From the NCBI RefSeq assembly GCF_004010195.1, contig NC_057718.1, positions 100,420,965-100,484,964 of the forward strand: a DNA stretch of 64,000 bases, written 5' to 3'. The stretch comes from Chiloscyllium plagiosum (taxonomy: Eukaryota). Position numbers and translations under genes: made by a program. How positions within the stretch are numbered: position 1 is the first letter of the stretch; the number at the start of each line of letters is the position of its first letter. Positions 23,413 through 37,445 of this stretch are shown in pieces. Below the pieces are notes generated by a model that made no database searches, was not told where the DNA came from, and worked only from the letters and a program-made list of their open reading frames with translations.

Positions 23413-26400
23413 TGCCTCCACCACCTCCACTGCAGCTTATTCCATACATGCAGCATCAGCTGTGGATTTCACTGTTTTCTTGGACTGAGTTCCAGTGTCC
23501 AGAGACGCTTGTAACTCTTGAACAGCCTCGTAGGATGAGAATCACTGCAGGTCTGGTAGTATCTGTGGAAGGAGAAACAATTGATTGTTTTGAGTCTGAC
23601 ATGACTTTTCTTCAGAACTTTTCTTTCATTTCCTATCTGGTCGGGTCTACATGTTACTCCAGGCCCACAGTGATGCGGTTTATTCCTAACCGCCCTCTGA
23701 AATGGTCAAGCACGTCACTCAGTTGAAGAAAATCAGGAATGGGCAACCAATGCTGGCCTTGGCCTGTGATGCGGAGGTCCCACGAAAGAAGGAAAAAGTA
23801 AATTTTTCGAGAGCGTCTTAAAGGAGGAAAGAGAAGCTGAAAAGTTCAGGGAGTGAACTGTGGATCTTAGAGCCCAAGCAACTGAAGACGTGACCACCAA
23901 TGATGGAGCAACCTAAATCAGGAGTGCTTGAGGGGCCAGAATTGGACCGACACTGAGCCACTGTTCGGTAGTGTTTCCCAAACTTTCCCCACTGTGAGCT
24001 CATATCGAAGCTCGAAAATTGTTGGGAGCCATCAGTGAGAGCTCAGAGTGCAGAGTGGGTGGGTGGAGGTGTTGGGGTTAGAGTCAGGCCCTGTCAGAGT
24101 AAACGCAAGGCCGTTATAACTCAACGGGATCGCGATTTCAGCTTGTGACCCTACTTGGGGTCCTTAACCCTTCCGCTCTGGGATGGCCTTCTCTGAGGGT
24201 GACGGAGGTGTTTACAGGATTGAGGAGGGGTGGGGAACTGGGGAGGGTGGGGGGGTGATAGGGAACGTTGAGGCTGTGGCCGAATTACTAAACGAGGATG
24301 ATGGTTTTATAAATGTGAGACATTGCTCGAGGAGTGTAGACCAGCCAATAGCGGGGTGAGAGGAGTTCAGGACCGAGAGTGGCAGAGTTTCTGATGACCC
24401 CCAGTTTATGAAGAGTAAAACTTGGGAATGTGCAGAGTTATCACATTAACTCAAGGGAGGGTATTTACTTAAGAGCAGTGCACAAAGGAAGAATAAATGT
24501 ATGTAAAACTCTAAAGTTACCCAGCTCAACCCACCAAGCACGCTCATTGCTACATACTGAAATCCTCAAAGTACATATAGTGTTACATAATGATATCTAC
24601 GGAATGTACCTTTTTAGATAGTTTGTCACTGTTTAATCTCAAGAGTGTGCTGATATAGCATGCTGAGTTGTAGCTCACATTGCTCTAGATGGTGCACTCA
24701 AAGAAATTACCTGAAATGTGAAAGTTAAAAATCTTTCAGCATGCAGGAGCGATTTCAGTTCCAGGACATTTTGATCAAAAACATGTTGAGGTTGTGACAA
24801 TATTCATCACAATAGAGCCACTTTTGTGCTATTGTTTTTGTATTAATCTTTCCTGCAGTAACACTCTGGGTCCTCTAATGTGAAAACGTTGTTCGGCTAA
24901 ACCTTTCCAATTTGTTGCGTGCAGCCCCTAATAATTGGCGGGACATATCCCATGAGGTTATGGATGTACTTTCTTAAAACTCCATCCAAAGATGTTGCAT
25001 TCATTGACGGGCAGATTGATGGAGACTGTACAACACTATTTCAGGTACCTCACGGTGTGCCAGGACACAAAGTAATCATTCCCCGTTGTTTTACTTGGCA
25101 ATGTCAAACCTTTTGAGGGGTAGGGTATCGGATTTGTACCAAAAGTAATAAGGACTGACGCCAGGAAATGGTTTATGTATCGTTTACATCAGGCTTTATA
25201 AATCTGCAGGATTCCTGTCGTGAGGGGCAGTGAAGGGGAGGGGGTGGGGGGGTTATTTTTCTTTTTGACATTTCTGGAAAGGTTTCAAGCTGCTCGATAG
25301 TTCTCATGGACACAGTCGACTACGTGTTCCCAGATCGAATGGGCAGGTTCTAACTCTGGATGGACCGAGGTTAGGAGGGGATGCGATGTGTGTGTGTGTC
25401 TGTGTCTGTGTGTTTGTGTGTCCTGATCCCACCACACTCTGAGAACTCCAGAGGCTTGCTGGACCAACGTTGTCCACATTCGCTCTTGCCAATTACAGGT
25501 AGCGACTGGATTCCCAGTCAGAGGGGCATGCGGGCTGCCTTTTGTGAACTGCAGACTCCTTCCAACCACCACACCCCCCCCCCCCAAACCCCATCCCTCC
25601 CACACCTCCAATTGTCTGAGCAGGGCCTGTCCCCACATTTCCCCACCCCTCCCTCAGCCTGCATCAGGGAGACCATCTCCATTAAGCTTCCTGTCTCCTT
25701 GCAGTCCAAGGGACCATTGCCATCAATGCTTTAATATCACTCCTAACCAGGCCTCAGTTGTGTGAACTAGCTGCCTTGTCTGCATGGTAAGCAACGGTGT
25801 CAAAAGCATGAATAAAGTGTTAGGTCTTAAACAATCAAGGGGTACAAGGAGAAAGTGAGGATATGTTGTCAAGATAGAGGATCAGCCATGGTCAGATTAC
25901 ATGGTGGAGCAGGCTTGAAGGGCCGAATGGCCTAATCATGATCCTAGTTTTTAATAAAATGACCGTTACCAGCTCCATCAAACCACCATCACCGAGCTGG
26001 TACAACTCAATGTTTCATACCCACTGTCAACCTGTATGTTTATAATATGTTTAAAGGCAGGGTTCATGTGTGGAATGAACTTTCTGGATGAGGGGACAAT
26101 TACAGCATTTGAAAGACATTTAGATAAGTACACAAATAGGAAAGGTTTAGAGGGATATGGGCCAGGAGCAGCATTTGAGACTAATCTAGTTTTGGTTGAT
26201 GTTCAGCATGGACTGATTGGACTGAAGCACCTGTTTTCATGCTGTATGACTCGAGATGCATTTTTAGTTTGGACTGGATATGCAAACTGTACTCTCCTAG
26301 AAACCTGGCTGTTAAATTTCAGGGGTTGGCTAATTGGCCCTACCGTTTCTCATTCTGTGTTTGGGCTTTTTGAATTTCATCGGGTCTGGTGCTTTGCAAA

Positions 26401-27239
26401 TGGCTGTTCTTTGCATTTTCCATCATTGGGTGAATCCTACATCACAGCACTGTGAACCACTCTGTTCGTAGAATTATTGAGGAAAATCTAGATTTAGTCA
26501 AGTTTAAACATCTCCTTGATTGAAAGGGACTTTGGTGACAGAGCTCAATCCGTCAAAAGTAATCATGGAAGTTTGGGCTTTTTGAATTTCATCGGGTCTG
26601 GTGCTTTGCAAATGGCTGTTCTTTGCATTTTCCATCATTGGGTGAATCCTACATCACAGCACTGTGAACCACGCTGTTCGTAGAATTATTGAGGAAAATC
26701 TAGATTTAGTCAAGTTTAAACATCCCCTTGATTGAAAGGGACTTTGGTGACAGAGACACCCCAGGGCTCAATCCGTCAAAAGTAATCATGGAAGCTTTGG
26801 GCCGTTTGTAAGCACAGCAGATAAAGAATAATTGAAATTGCATATGTGGTCTATGAGGATCTCGTAATGGATCTGTGGCTTCCAAAGATGAAAGGCTTGG
26901 ATGTTCCTGAGTTACATGGTGCTGGCAGTAATACTGAATGTTTTCACCAAAATGGAACATCCTTGCCAACATTATTCCTTCAAAATCTGACCACTGCTCC
27001 TCAATTTGCTTAAGCTGCTGTTGAGCTGTGACTGCTCTGGAAATGCCACTCACCGAAAGAAGGAAAAAATGCTCAGGATCCAATCACAGCGACCAGAATG
27101 CTGATCCTTCCAAGGATCTGTTGAGAACGAAGGGATTGCCTCTTACTGGGTGGGAGGGTCGGGGTTTGGTTGGTGGTGATTGGTGCAGATACATGAGATT
27201 CATCCAGATTTTACATTCAGTCGCTTTCTGTCCCATTTA

Positions 27240-27457
27240 GAGTCGAAAAGGGTGGCACTGGAAGAACACAGCAGGTCAGGCAACATCGAGCAGCAGGAGG
27301 ATCAATGTTTCAGGCATAAACTTTCATCAGGAATTCCTCATCATGCCTGAAACGTCGACTCTCCTGCTTCTCGGCTGCTGCCTGACCGGCTGTGCTTTTC
27401 CAGCGCCACACTTCTCAACTCTGGCTCTCTAGCATCTGCAGTCCCCACTTTCATCTT
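27240..27457. mobile_element. Fold-back PLE-terminus element (family A)
   Basis: Inverted arms around ttcatcaggaattcc; 9-bp TSD tcccattta. Confidence 0.8.
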
Positions 27458-28397
27458 TCCCATTTACCCAACTTCAATAAAGGGAATGTCTCCTGCCTGA
27501 CCTCCCTAATTCTGCAACTCAGGGATGTACCTTGGGCCGGTGTTCCTAGCTTACCTTGGGGCCTCCTGCTCCTGAGATCCAGTGTAAAGCCAAGCCCCAG
27601 CTGCTGTTCCAGGTCTTTCACTGTGCTAAGGGGTGCATTCTCAAGAGTAGAATAAAATTAAAACTTCAAGACCAGAAGCATAAATTGGAAAAGATCCTGG
27701 GAGTGATTTAAAAGAGGTTTATAAAATTATATAGCATGATATGACGCAGTGGATGCAATGGGGAAGAGCAGAACTCGAGGTTGTCAGTGTAAGACAGTCA
27801 GAAGGAAGTTCAAAGAACAAACAACAAAGAACAAAGAAAATTACAGCCCAGGAGCAGGCCCTTCGGCCCTCTAAGCCTGTGCCGATCCAGATCTCTATCT
27901 GAACCTGTCGCCTATTTTCCAAGGGTCTGGATCCCTCTGCTCCCTGCCCATTCATGGATCTGTCTAGATCTACCTAAATAGAGTCTGGAATTCAGCAGAA
28001 ACTCCTACAGTCAGAGAGTGACAAGAATGTGGAACTTGGTACCTAACTGAATCACTTTGATGCGTTGAGGGAGAAAGAAGGCTGACAACATACAGGAGAA
28101 AGGAATGGACGATGATATTTTGATAGACTTAGATCAGGAAAAATGGAAAGGTCTGCATTGGAGCAGAGAAACCTAGAGGGCTGAATGGCCTGTTTCTGTA
28201 TCCTATAGCTTGTGGAATCCTACGTTATTAACTCTTTAACTCATGAGCATCTCCAATTTTTTATAGCTGGTGTAACAGGGCACTATTCTAATGTTCTTAG
28301 ACTTGTGGGAAATGGACACTTCTTTGATGGGCAAACACTGCAAGTCCTCGATTACAAAATTGACCTGATTTCTAACAGTTTGAGATGTTAAGGAAAG

Positions 28398-28930
28398 ACA
28401 TGCATTTGCATAGCACCTTTCACAACCTCAGGACATCCCAAAGTGCACTGCAGCCAATGAAATATTTTGAAAGTGAAGCTGTTGCTGTGATCTCAGAAGC
28501 CCAGCAGCCAATTTGCACACAGCAAGTTCTTCCCAAGTGGCAATGAGACGGGTGGATGGTCAGAAAACCTACTTCGGCGATGTGGAGCACCCAGGGGAAA
28601 CCCCTCACTCTTCAAAATATTCCTGAAGATCTTTTATGTTCGCGAGCATGGGCAAAACCGGAAATCACCAGAGAAACTCAAGAGGTCTGGCAGCACCTGT
28701 GGAGAGAGAAAACGGAGTCAGTGTTTCAAGTCCAGTGACCCTTCTTTGGATCTCCAACCTTTGCAGCTCTTTGTTTTGTTTTACTGGTGAAAATGAGGGT
28801 CTCTGTTTAGTATCATACCTGAAAGATAGTGCTAACAGTTCACCCTCTGTAATGCACTGGCGTGACAACCGCTGACTTTACGCACATGGTTCTGGAGGGA
28901 GACTTGATCCTACAACTTTATTCAGTCTGA
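28398..28930 (-). mobile_element. Deu-domain SINE containing a family D PLE insert
   Basis: gcacctttcacaacctcaggacatcccaaag...cagccaatttgcacacagcaag Deu core. Confidence 0.65.
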
Positions 28931-29634
28931 ATTGAGACATACCATTGAGCGATGTGTGGCTGTACAGCCTTTTCGGAACTGGACCAGGATTCTTGCTGTA
29001 TCACAGTTCCAGACACGTTGAAGAGGATGTGAAATTTTAGGTCCTGTTTTTCTGTTTTATTAATTGTCCAACAAGATAAGGATTACTGATGATACTGATT
29101 GAGATTGAGATTGATTAACTATAACACATGACAGCCAACTGAACAAAGACAACCCCTCTGTATCAGTCTTGATGAAACCAAATTCGCTCCCATCACATTA
29201 TTGCAATGCCAGCTGTCTGGAAATCAGTATTTTGCACTCACTAAGGGGTGCAATTGCTGAGGGAATGCACAAATCTTTACTCTTCACACCCCACACTGTC
29301 AATTAGTCATAGTGTGCCACATATCAGAGTAAAAACACACAAAAAATTGGAGATTCAAATGTCCCTTTGCACTGCCTCAACAGTATGCTTCACATCAGTG
29401 TGAAAAATACCAATTTCCATTCTAAGTTAAACAGCCAATTTGTCCCAAATTGTGCGTAGTTCCGTTCTGCAGCCCACAACCACTAGCATCGGCCTGATAC
29501 TGATTAACCATAACACTGACAGCCAGCAGAGAGAAGGCAGTCCTTCTGTCAGCCTTAATTAAATTAACTCCCAGCACCGTGGTATCAATATAGTGACTCA
29601 CTCCCACTATATCGCTAATGTAGCTCAGTCCGAT

Positions 29635-29827
29635 CACTGTATTACTCGATAATGTTACTCACTGCCGCCACTCTATTACTCAATAATGTAACTCATTCCC
29701 AGAACTATGTGGCTCAATAATGTTACTCACTGCTATCACTGAATTACTCAATAATATTATTTACACTTAGCACTGTATTACTCAATAATGTTACTCACTC
29801 CCAGTACTGTGTTAATGTGTTACTCAT
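29635..29827. repeat. 34-bp minisatellite, about 5.5 diverged copies
   Basis: Consensus cactgtattactcaataatgttactcactcccag. Confidence 0.85.
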
Positions 29828-32079
29828 ATCAGGGTTATGATATTCTCTTTGTATTTTAGTCAGTATTAGTTGTCTTTAATTATGTTGTGGGGGAGAAAGG
29901 TCTGAAATTTTCAGAACAAATGAAAGGAACACCTTCAAATAATTTTCTTGTTTGTGGGGTTAGATTAAATCCAACAGCTTGTTTTATTGCATTTGGTTCT
30001 GTATGTTCTAGAGCTAATATTGAATTGTAAATGTTTAAGGTGAAATAGTCCCTAGTGAACTGTTACTGATATGTCAGATGCACTAAAGGAAGACTGGAGA
30101 AGAATTGTACTTTTAGAAATCTGAGGTTGCAGCTAAGTAATCTGATCTCAACATCAAATGTGCCCTTTGCTACTGCTCATGTTCATGGTGAGAATGGTGA
30201 GTGAAAGGTCAAATACCTGCTGGAATGGCTGGTACTCTATCCAGATTTCACGAGCGTGCACGATCTGTAACGTGTAAAGTCTTCAAAAACTAGATAACTA
30301 AAGTAAATACAAACGTTGGCGTCTAATGTTATCATCCTATTCTCCTGCTCTTTGGTATCATTATTTTATATGACATCCTCATTTCAAGACTGATAGGTTC
30401 AAAAGGAAAATATAAAGTTCCCTGGGGATCTGGAAAAGCCACAGGGACAAAATATAACTTGAAGGCTTCGAGGAAAACAGTTGTATGTTGCAGAGGTTTT
30501 GCAAAGCTGTGGCTGGAAGTTCAAGTTGCCAAGTTAAGCAATATTGGTCTTTGAGGGATTTTTTTTAAGAAAAGGCAGTGCCCACAATAGATATTTAACT
30601 TTGTTAAATTACTGAAGCTTTAGTTACGGCGCAGTGTGTTTGGGTTAAAGCTGATTTCCTTCTCGACTTTCTGAATCTTGGTGGTATTGAATGGGGATGG
30701 ACAAACAGTAAAGATCTCAGAATCACAGTATCACGTCTGAAGTTAACATATGGATGTGGCTGTTGTCCAAACATCTTTAATAGTTACACAGCTGTCTCTG
30801 ATTTTTTTTTTGCAACTTCTCTGACAACCTCTTTGCAATTTTGAGAGAGCTGTGGTTTTCATTAAGGAGGAGTGTGCACAGATTGATGTTCATGCATGCT
30901 AACCTCCCCCCACACCCTCCACTTTTTTCTATTACTGTTGGGCTAATGTACAAAGTTTGTAGGCAGACTGCAAAAGATGACAGCCCAGGATTTTGTAAGA
31001 TGCGTGTCTTTGAAGAGGAAAAAATAGGCGTGTGTGACTTCTCCCCCCGTCCTTCAGTAGAACTGAAGTTGTGAGCAGAGAAATGACTCGGCTTAATCCT
31101 CATCTTCAAGAATAATTCATTTGTTAGGATTAGTAACAATTTGATTCAAATCTCCCACTCTCAGTGGATGACCAAGTGACCTTAAAGCTAACTCCGTACT
31201 AAGCAATACTCACTTATGAATAGAACATAGAACATTAACAGTGCAGTACAGGCCCTTCAGCCCTCGATGTTGCGCTGACCTGTGGAACCAATCTGAAGCC
31301 CATCTATCCTACACTATTCCATTCTCATCCATATATTTATCCAATGATGCCATTAAAGTTGGTGAGTCTCCTACTGTTGCAGGTTGTGTGTTCCATGCCC
31401 CTACTACTCTCTGAGTAAGGAAACTACCTCTGACATCCGTCCTGTATCTATCACTCCTCAATTTAAAGCCATGACCCCTCGTGCTAGCCATCACCATCTG
31501 AGGAATACTGCTGCCTGCACTCAGGACTTGAGTTAAGGCAGGGTTTATAATTTTGATGTTATTATTTAGCAAGTGCTGAAACCCCTGCCCCCCCCTCAAA
31601 AAAAACAAGACAAACATTAGCCTCCTCATTCGCTGGGTTTAAAGTTGTTGGTCAATAGACAGTACTCTCCTCTGTATCTCCCTATGTTGGCTAAGGGGTT
31701 TGTATTGACGTCCCAGCTGGTGAAGTTTAGCTGTGCCATGGATAAAGTAACAAATCTGAACAGCTTATAAATAATGGCAGAAGATCCAACAAGGGGCTGT
31801 TTCCTCCATCCAAGAGAGAAATCACAACAGCTTTGGGTAAGGTAGCCATGTAGAAGGATTCATTTGTGGGCAAGTCACAAAGTAGGAGGTCGTCAATATA
31901 AAAGAGATTTAGATTTAGGTTTTATTGTCACATGTACTCAAGTACAGGAGTACAGTGAAAATTATACAAAGTCGCCCTCTTAGCTACAAAGGCGCTTCTG
32001 CACCTAGACAGCAGTGAGAATGTGGAACCTATTATTGAGGGGCATAATCTGTAAGGGGAACTATAAGAGGAAGCTAGAT

Positions 32080-32432
32080 GCGGCAGTGGCATGGTGGCTC
32101 AATGGTTAGCACTGTTGCCTCTCAGTGCCAGGGACCTTGGTTTCGATTCCAGCCCTGGGCGACTGTGTGGAGTTTGCACATTCTCCCCATGTCTGTGTGG
32201 GTTTCCTCCGGGTGCTCCCGTTTCCTCCCACAGTCCAAAGATGCACGGTTTATGGTGGATTGGTCATGCATAATTGTCCCATAGTGTCCAGGGATGTGTA
32301 GGTTAGGTGCATTGGTCAGGAGTAAATGTAGAGTAATAGGGTAGGGGAATGGGTCTGGGTGCGTAACTGTTCGGAGGGTCGATACGGACTTGTTGGGCCA
32401 AATGGCCTGTTTCAACGCTGTAGGGATTCAAT
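32080..32432 (+). mobile_element. HE1/V-SINE
   Basis: tRNA head, V domain and gtagggattc tail. Confidence 0.9.
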
Positions 32433-33528
32433 GAGAAAAAGGGCGAAAGGTGTAGAGTTAGTTGAAGGAGGGAGGGACTCAGACTGAGCATAAACACTAG
32501 TACTGACCAGTTGGGCTGAATGGCCTGCTGCTGATCATGGAAATCCATCTTTAATGATCACAATCTCAACCTCTTCTTTACCCCTTTCGCCCGCTTTTCA
32601 TATCAGCACTTTTCAGATTGCGATCAAAATCTAAATTTCCCCAGACAAATTTAAAAACTCAACTGCATTGGCAGATCTTTAAAAGGAGAGGATTTTGAAC
32701 AGCCCTGGTGAAGAGGGAAACCTAGCTCACATCCAAGACTGTGAGACCAAAACATCTTTGGAATGAGCATGAAGTGTGTGCAGAAAATAAATTGAAGTCT
32801 TTTGCAGGTCTTTTTTTTTCTCTATCTAACGCTGGGCTGCAGCTAAATATGTTTTCTTTAGTCTTCACATGAAGGGAATGCGAAGAAAGTGCAAAAGCAG
32901 AAATGAAAACAGTCACTTTTCAAGGGCTCAAAATGTCAAGTTTAAAGTATCCGCTGTGGGTATAATGCATGGTTTTAATTTCCCTTCTCCACCTCCCCTC
33001 CCCCCCCCCCACCCTACGCCCCAAGTGAGTTTAAATTCCAAAATCAAGCTAGACTCCTCTTAATCAACCTGGGGGAACCTTCCAAAAGAAAAATGTTTTG
33101 GTTGTCTTGTTGAAAAAGACGTCACATGGTGCCAAGACACTTGATGAACTGTGTGTTCTTAAAATTCTTTGGGAGTATTTAATGTGTAAGTATAGATATG
33201 CTCAAGACAAGGGCAGTAGGTATCATTTATCGTTTTCGTTGCCAGTGAATCGTATTCTTAGCCATCGCTGTCAAAATGTCAAACTTGGGAAGTATGAACA
33301 AACAACATGATTACTGACATGGCCCAATTCAGACTATGTGCTCTGATCCCAGTGCTGGCAGGGCTACAGATTCACTCAAAGAAAGACTTGTGATTGGACT
33401 GCGCTTTTCAGATTCTCTATACGCCTCAAAATCTTGTATGGCCCAGCGTTATACTTTTTAAAGTATCGTCCTTGTTATAATGTAGGAAACAACACAGCTG
33501 GTTTGTATATAGCAAGCTGTCTCAAACA

Positions 33529-33868
33529 AAGTCAGAAGTCACACGACACCAGATTACAGTCCAACAGGTTTATTTGAAATCACAAGCTTTCGTCCTTTGG
33601 TATGGCTCTCCCAATTTCGACATAAGCCCCTGCCCCACCCCATGGTGAGTGATCAGGAGGATCTTGCAGGGTTGACAGGGCTGTGTTCACTGTTGTCATT
33701 TCCAGTGTCAAGGTCAATGCCAGATGGTCCATCTGATTTCTTTCCTTACTTTATCAGGCTCACCTCTGAAAGCTTGTGATTTTAAATAAAGCTGTTGGAC
33801 TGTAACCTGGTGTCATGTGACATTTGACCTTGTCCATCCCAGTCCAACACCGGCAGCCCCACATCATG
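33529..33868. mobile_element. Fold-back PLE-terminus element (family B) with captured local DNA
   Basis: Inverted arms gtccaacaggtttatttgaaatcacaagctttc and gaaagcttgtgattttaaataaagctgttggac; TSD gct(g/c)tctcaaaca. Confidence 0.85.
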
Positions 33869-35279
33869 GCTCTCTCAAACAGGACGGTTATGACGACCAC
33901 ATTATCTGTCACCTTTGGTCGAGTCGAGAGCTAAGAACTGGCTACTACACTCAGGACAAGGGCAAAGTTACCAGAGACTAACCAGACCAGGGGGTGGTGG
34001 TTGGACCCCCTGCTGTTGGCATCACTGACCCACCGTCCAGCCAACTGAGTTAACCCCATTCCAGGGCCTTGGTTTAATAACATAATCGGAAAGTACGAGA
34101 TGCAGTAGCCCATGCAGCATTCACTCGGACCACATCGTCTGCCTGGATTTGTCTGCCCAAATCTTGGAGTGAGATTCGAGAAAGTGTGGTACTCCTGAAG
34201 GCCTTGTCTTTTAGATGAGATGTTAAATCGAGGTCAGATTCTGTGAACGTGACTGGATCAGGTTGTTGCTCGACTGTCCTTTGGCATGGCTCTCCCGATT
34301 TCGACACCAGCACCCCCACCCACCCCCCTGCCCCCGCCCCACCCGATGGTGAGTGATCAGGAGGATCTTGCAGGGTTGACAGGGCTATGTTCACTGTTGT
34401 CATTTCCAGTGTCAAGGTCAATGCCAGATGGTCCATCTGATTTCTTTCCTTGCTTTAGATTTTGTACCTTGCTTGACCATTTCCGAGGACAGTTATGAGT
34501 CTGTGTATTGCTCTGGAATCTGGAGTCACATGTAGGTCAGACGTAATAACAGCTGCAGATTTCCTTCCCTAAAAGAAATTTCTTTCCCTTTCCTTCACAT
34601 AAGTGAACAGAGAGGTTTTGTTAAATGACAATCAACAGTGGTCATATGGTCACCGCTGGGGGAAGATTTTCAATTCCAGATTTAATTGAGTTAAAATGTG
34701 AGGTGGAGAGGGTAAGAAAATAAAAATATTTGTAAAGTTCAGGGTTAAAATTAACAGGTTAATGTACCATTCATGACACCCACACAGGAATATCACCCCC
34801 AGTTGTCCGTTCCCTGTCAGTTGTTCTGATTAACTGACTACGAACACCAAAAGGACTTACACCCCCACCCCCATGACACTGCACCTTACGGTCACACTCC
34901 CATTTAGTCACAACCTTGAGTGTTTTTTTTTAATGCTTCTCACACTATTTCCTCCACAGGGACAAATGTCGGGGTGAGAGACCACCCCTGGGTCCTGTTC
35001 CACCCACTCTAACTTCAGTGCCACTGTGAGAAATGCTCTTCACAATGAGCAGGAAGGATAGGGCATTATGTGCTGAACTGTGAGCAGTTTTATCTGGTGC
35101 CTGAGTAAACTTTACAGAGGACTGTCATGGTCAGGGAGGACCAAGTGAGAGGAACTTTCAATGTTGAGCAACAGTGTGTCAATGCATTGTACAGCTGAGG
35201 GCTCCTCAAGCCCAGGTCCATCGCTCATACTCTCCAGCTCAGGGGGTTGGTTAGCTCAGCTGGCTGGTTTTCACTAGCA

Positions 35280-35870
35280 CATTGAGATTGAGGGGGTGAC
35301 CTTATAGAGGTTTGTAAAATCATGAGTGGTACAGGGTGATCTAGTATCACACAACAGTTGTGTTTCTCTGCAACCTTTTGCCATAGAAGATTGAGCTATG
35401 GAAAACCGCTATAGAAAGTCATGCAGTGGAAGATGCTGTACTCATTCAGCAGAAGGTTTGCATTGTCCAAACAATGTCCACAATTAGTCAATCGTGTTAC
35501 AGCCAATTCACATTAACAAAACGCACGTTATACCAGAACGACTTGTATAGATAAGGTGAATGGCAGGTAACTTTTCCCGAGGGTGGGGTATTTCAAGACT
35601 AGCAGACATTTTTAAGGTGAGAGGAGCAAGATTTTTAAAAATACATTAGGGGCAATTTTTTTGTGTGGTTTGTGTGTGGAATGAACTTGCAGAGAAAGTG
35701 GTGGATGCGGGTACAGTTGCGTTTAAAAGATATTTAGTCAAGTTCATGATTAGGAAAGGTTTGGAGGGTTATGGGCCAAGCGCAGGCAGGTGGGAGTACT
35801 TCAGTTTGGGATTATGGATGGCATGGACTGGTTGGACCAAGGGGTCTGTTTTCGTGCTGTGTGACTCTAT
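35280..35870 (+). mobile_element. CR1/HER1 3' fragment interrupted by a MITE
   Basis: ggggtgaccttatagaggtttgtaaaatcatgagtggTA|...|TAtagataaggtgaat; later encodes VWNELAEKVV. Confidence 0.85.
35332..35545. mobile_element. 214-bp MITE, unexpanded relative of 9600-11597
   Basis: TA TSD (35330-35331, 35546-35547); shares aacagttgt..tctctg.aacc and tccaaacaat.tcc.caatt...gtgtta.agccaattc with the expanded copy. Confidence 0.85.
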
Positions 35871-36177
35871 AAAACCCACACTAGTTGAGATTACCATGAA
35901 GGACTCTACTTCTCAACCTGTCTCCTCGCCTGAGGCGTTGTGGCCCTCAGATTAAACTCCCCACCATTGTCACCATTCTCTGATAAGAGAGAACCCCATG
36001 GTCTGGTAAACTCTGGTGAATTTACCTTCTAATATCCAGCTTTACAAGTAAAGACATCAAAGTGTGTTTTAGCTGATGGGAGCCCCATCTCCAAAGTGAA
36101 CCTAAGCGCAGGAGAAGCCAAAAATATGCATCAAGAAAAAGCACCTTCTTTTGATAAGAACTGCTGAACTGTTATAA

Positions 36178-36395
36178 AGTCATAGGGTCATACAGCACGG
36201 AAACAGACTCTTCGGTCCAACCAGTCCATGCCGAGCATAACCCCAAACTACACTAGTCCCACCTGCCTGCTCCTGGCCCATATCCCTCCAAACCTTTCCT
36301 ATTCCTGTATCTATCCAAATGTCATTTAAACATTGTAATTGTGCCCACTTCCAGTACTTCCTCTGAAAAATCATTCCACACACGAACCACTCTGT
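36178..36395 (-). mobile_element. CR1/HER1 3' tail
   Basis: cagcacggaaacagactcttcggtccaacc...tccaaacctttcctattc. Confidence 0.85.
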
Positions 36396-37226
36396 GCAAA
36401 AATAAATTGGTGAGATCCCAAAGCTCCGATTTCCGGAAGTGTCTATAGGAAGATTAGTGAGCCCCCGTCATGTGTGTGGAGGCTTCTGTTCTACTAAGAG
36501 AATGTAACCTCTTCCAGCCTGCAATCCTGTTTGGGGACAAAGAGACCTCTGGCCTGGTCTGGCCTAGTCCAGGACGCGGGCTTGCCCTGGGCTATCAGTA
36601 TTCATTTTGTTTCTCTCCTCTCCCTTATTTTCTCCAACCCTTTTATTCTGTATCAAAAGTGTCAAAAGCATCAATTAGGGTAAATTAGTAGCCAATGTGT
36701 GCCAGTGTATTAAAGGAATTAGCAAAATGCTGCAGCTAATCCAACAGGGTTCAAGTGTTAGTTTTGGAATTAGGCACAATCCATGGCAGTTATTTCGATG
36801 TGTTTTGTCTGATCTCACATGCAGCAAGCATTTGGTGAGATTAGGATCATAGCACAGAGGCCTATTGCTTTGTGGATCCACTGCCAACTCTTAGAGTCAG
36901 TGTTATAGAGATCTGCAGCGTAGATTCAACCTCATTGTAACATACAAAATTCTCAGGGGGCTTGATAGGGTAAATGCTGAGAGGTTGTTTCACCTTGCGG
37001 GAGAGTCTATGACCAGAGGACATTGCCTCAGGGTAAGGAGTCACTTATTAAAGATAGAGATGAGGAGAAATTTCGTCTCTCAGAGGGGAGTATAGATGAA
37101 GCCCATTGAGTCTGCATTAATAAAATGCTATTCTAAATTTATCCTAGCTCCACTCTCCCACACCTGGCCCATAGCCTTCAATGTTATGATGTTTCAGGTG
37201 TTCATCCAGGCACTTGTTAAGGGTGG

Positions 37227-37445
37227 GAGAAAGTGAGGACTAGAGATCAGAGTTGAGAATGTGGTGCTGGAAAAGCACAGAGCAGGTCAGGCAACACCCG
37301 AGGAGTAGGAGAATCGACGTTTCAGGCATAAGCTCTTCATCAGAAATCATGTCTTCATTCCTGATGAATGGCTTATGCCCGAAACGTTGATTCTGTTGCT
37401 CCTCGGATGCTGCTTGACCTGTGCTTTTCCAGCACCACACTCTCA
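37227..37445. mobile_element. Fold-back family A element with two back-to-back hammerhead motifs
   Basis: cttcatcag ... ctgatgaatggcttatgcccgaaacg; 15-bp TSD acttgttaa(g/a)ggtgg. Confidence 0.85.
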
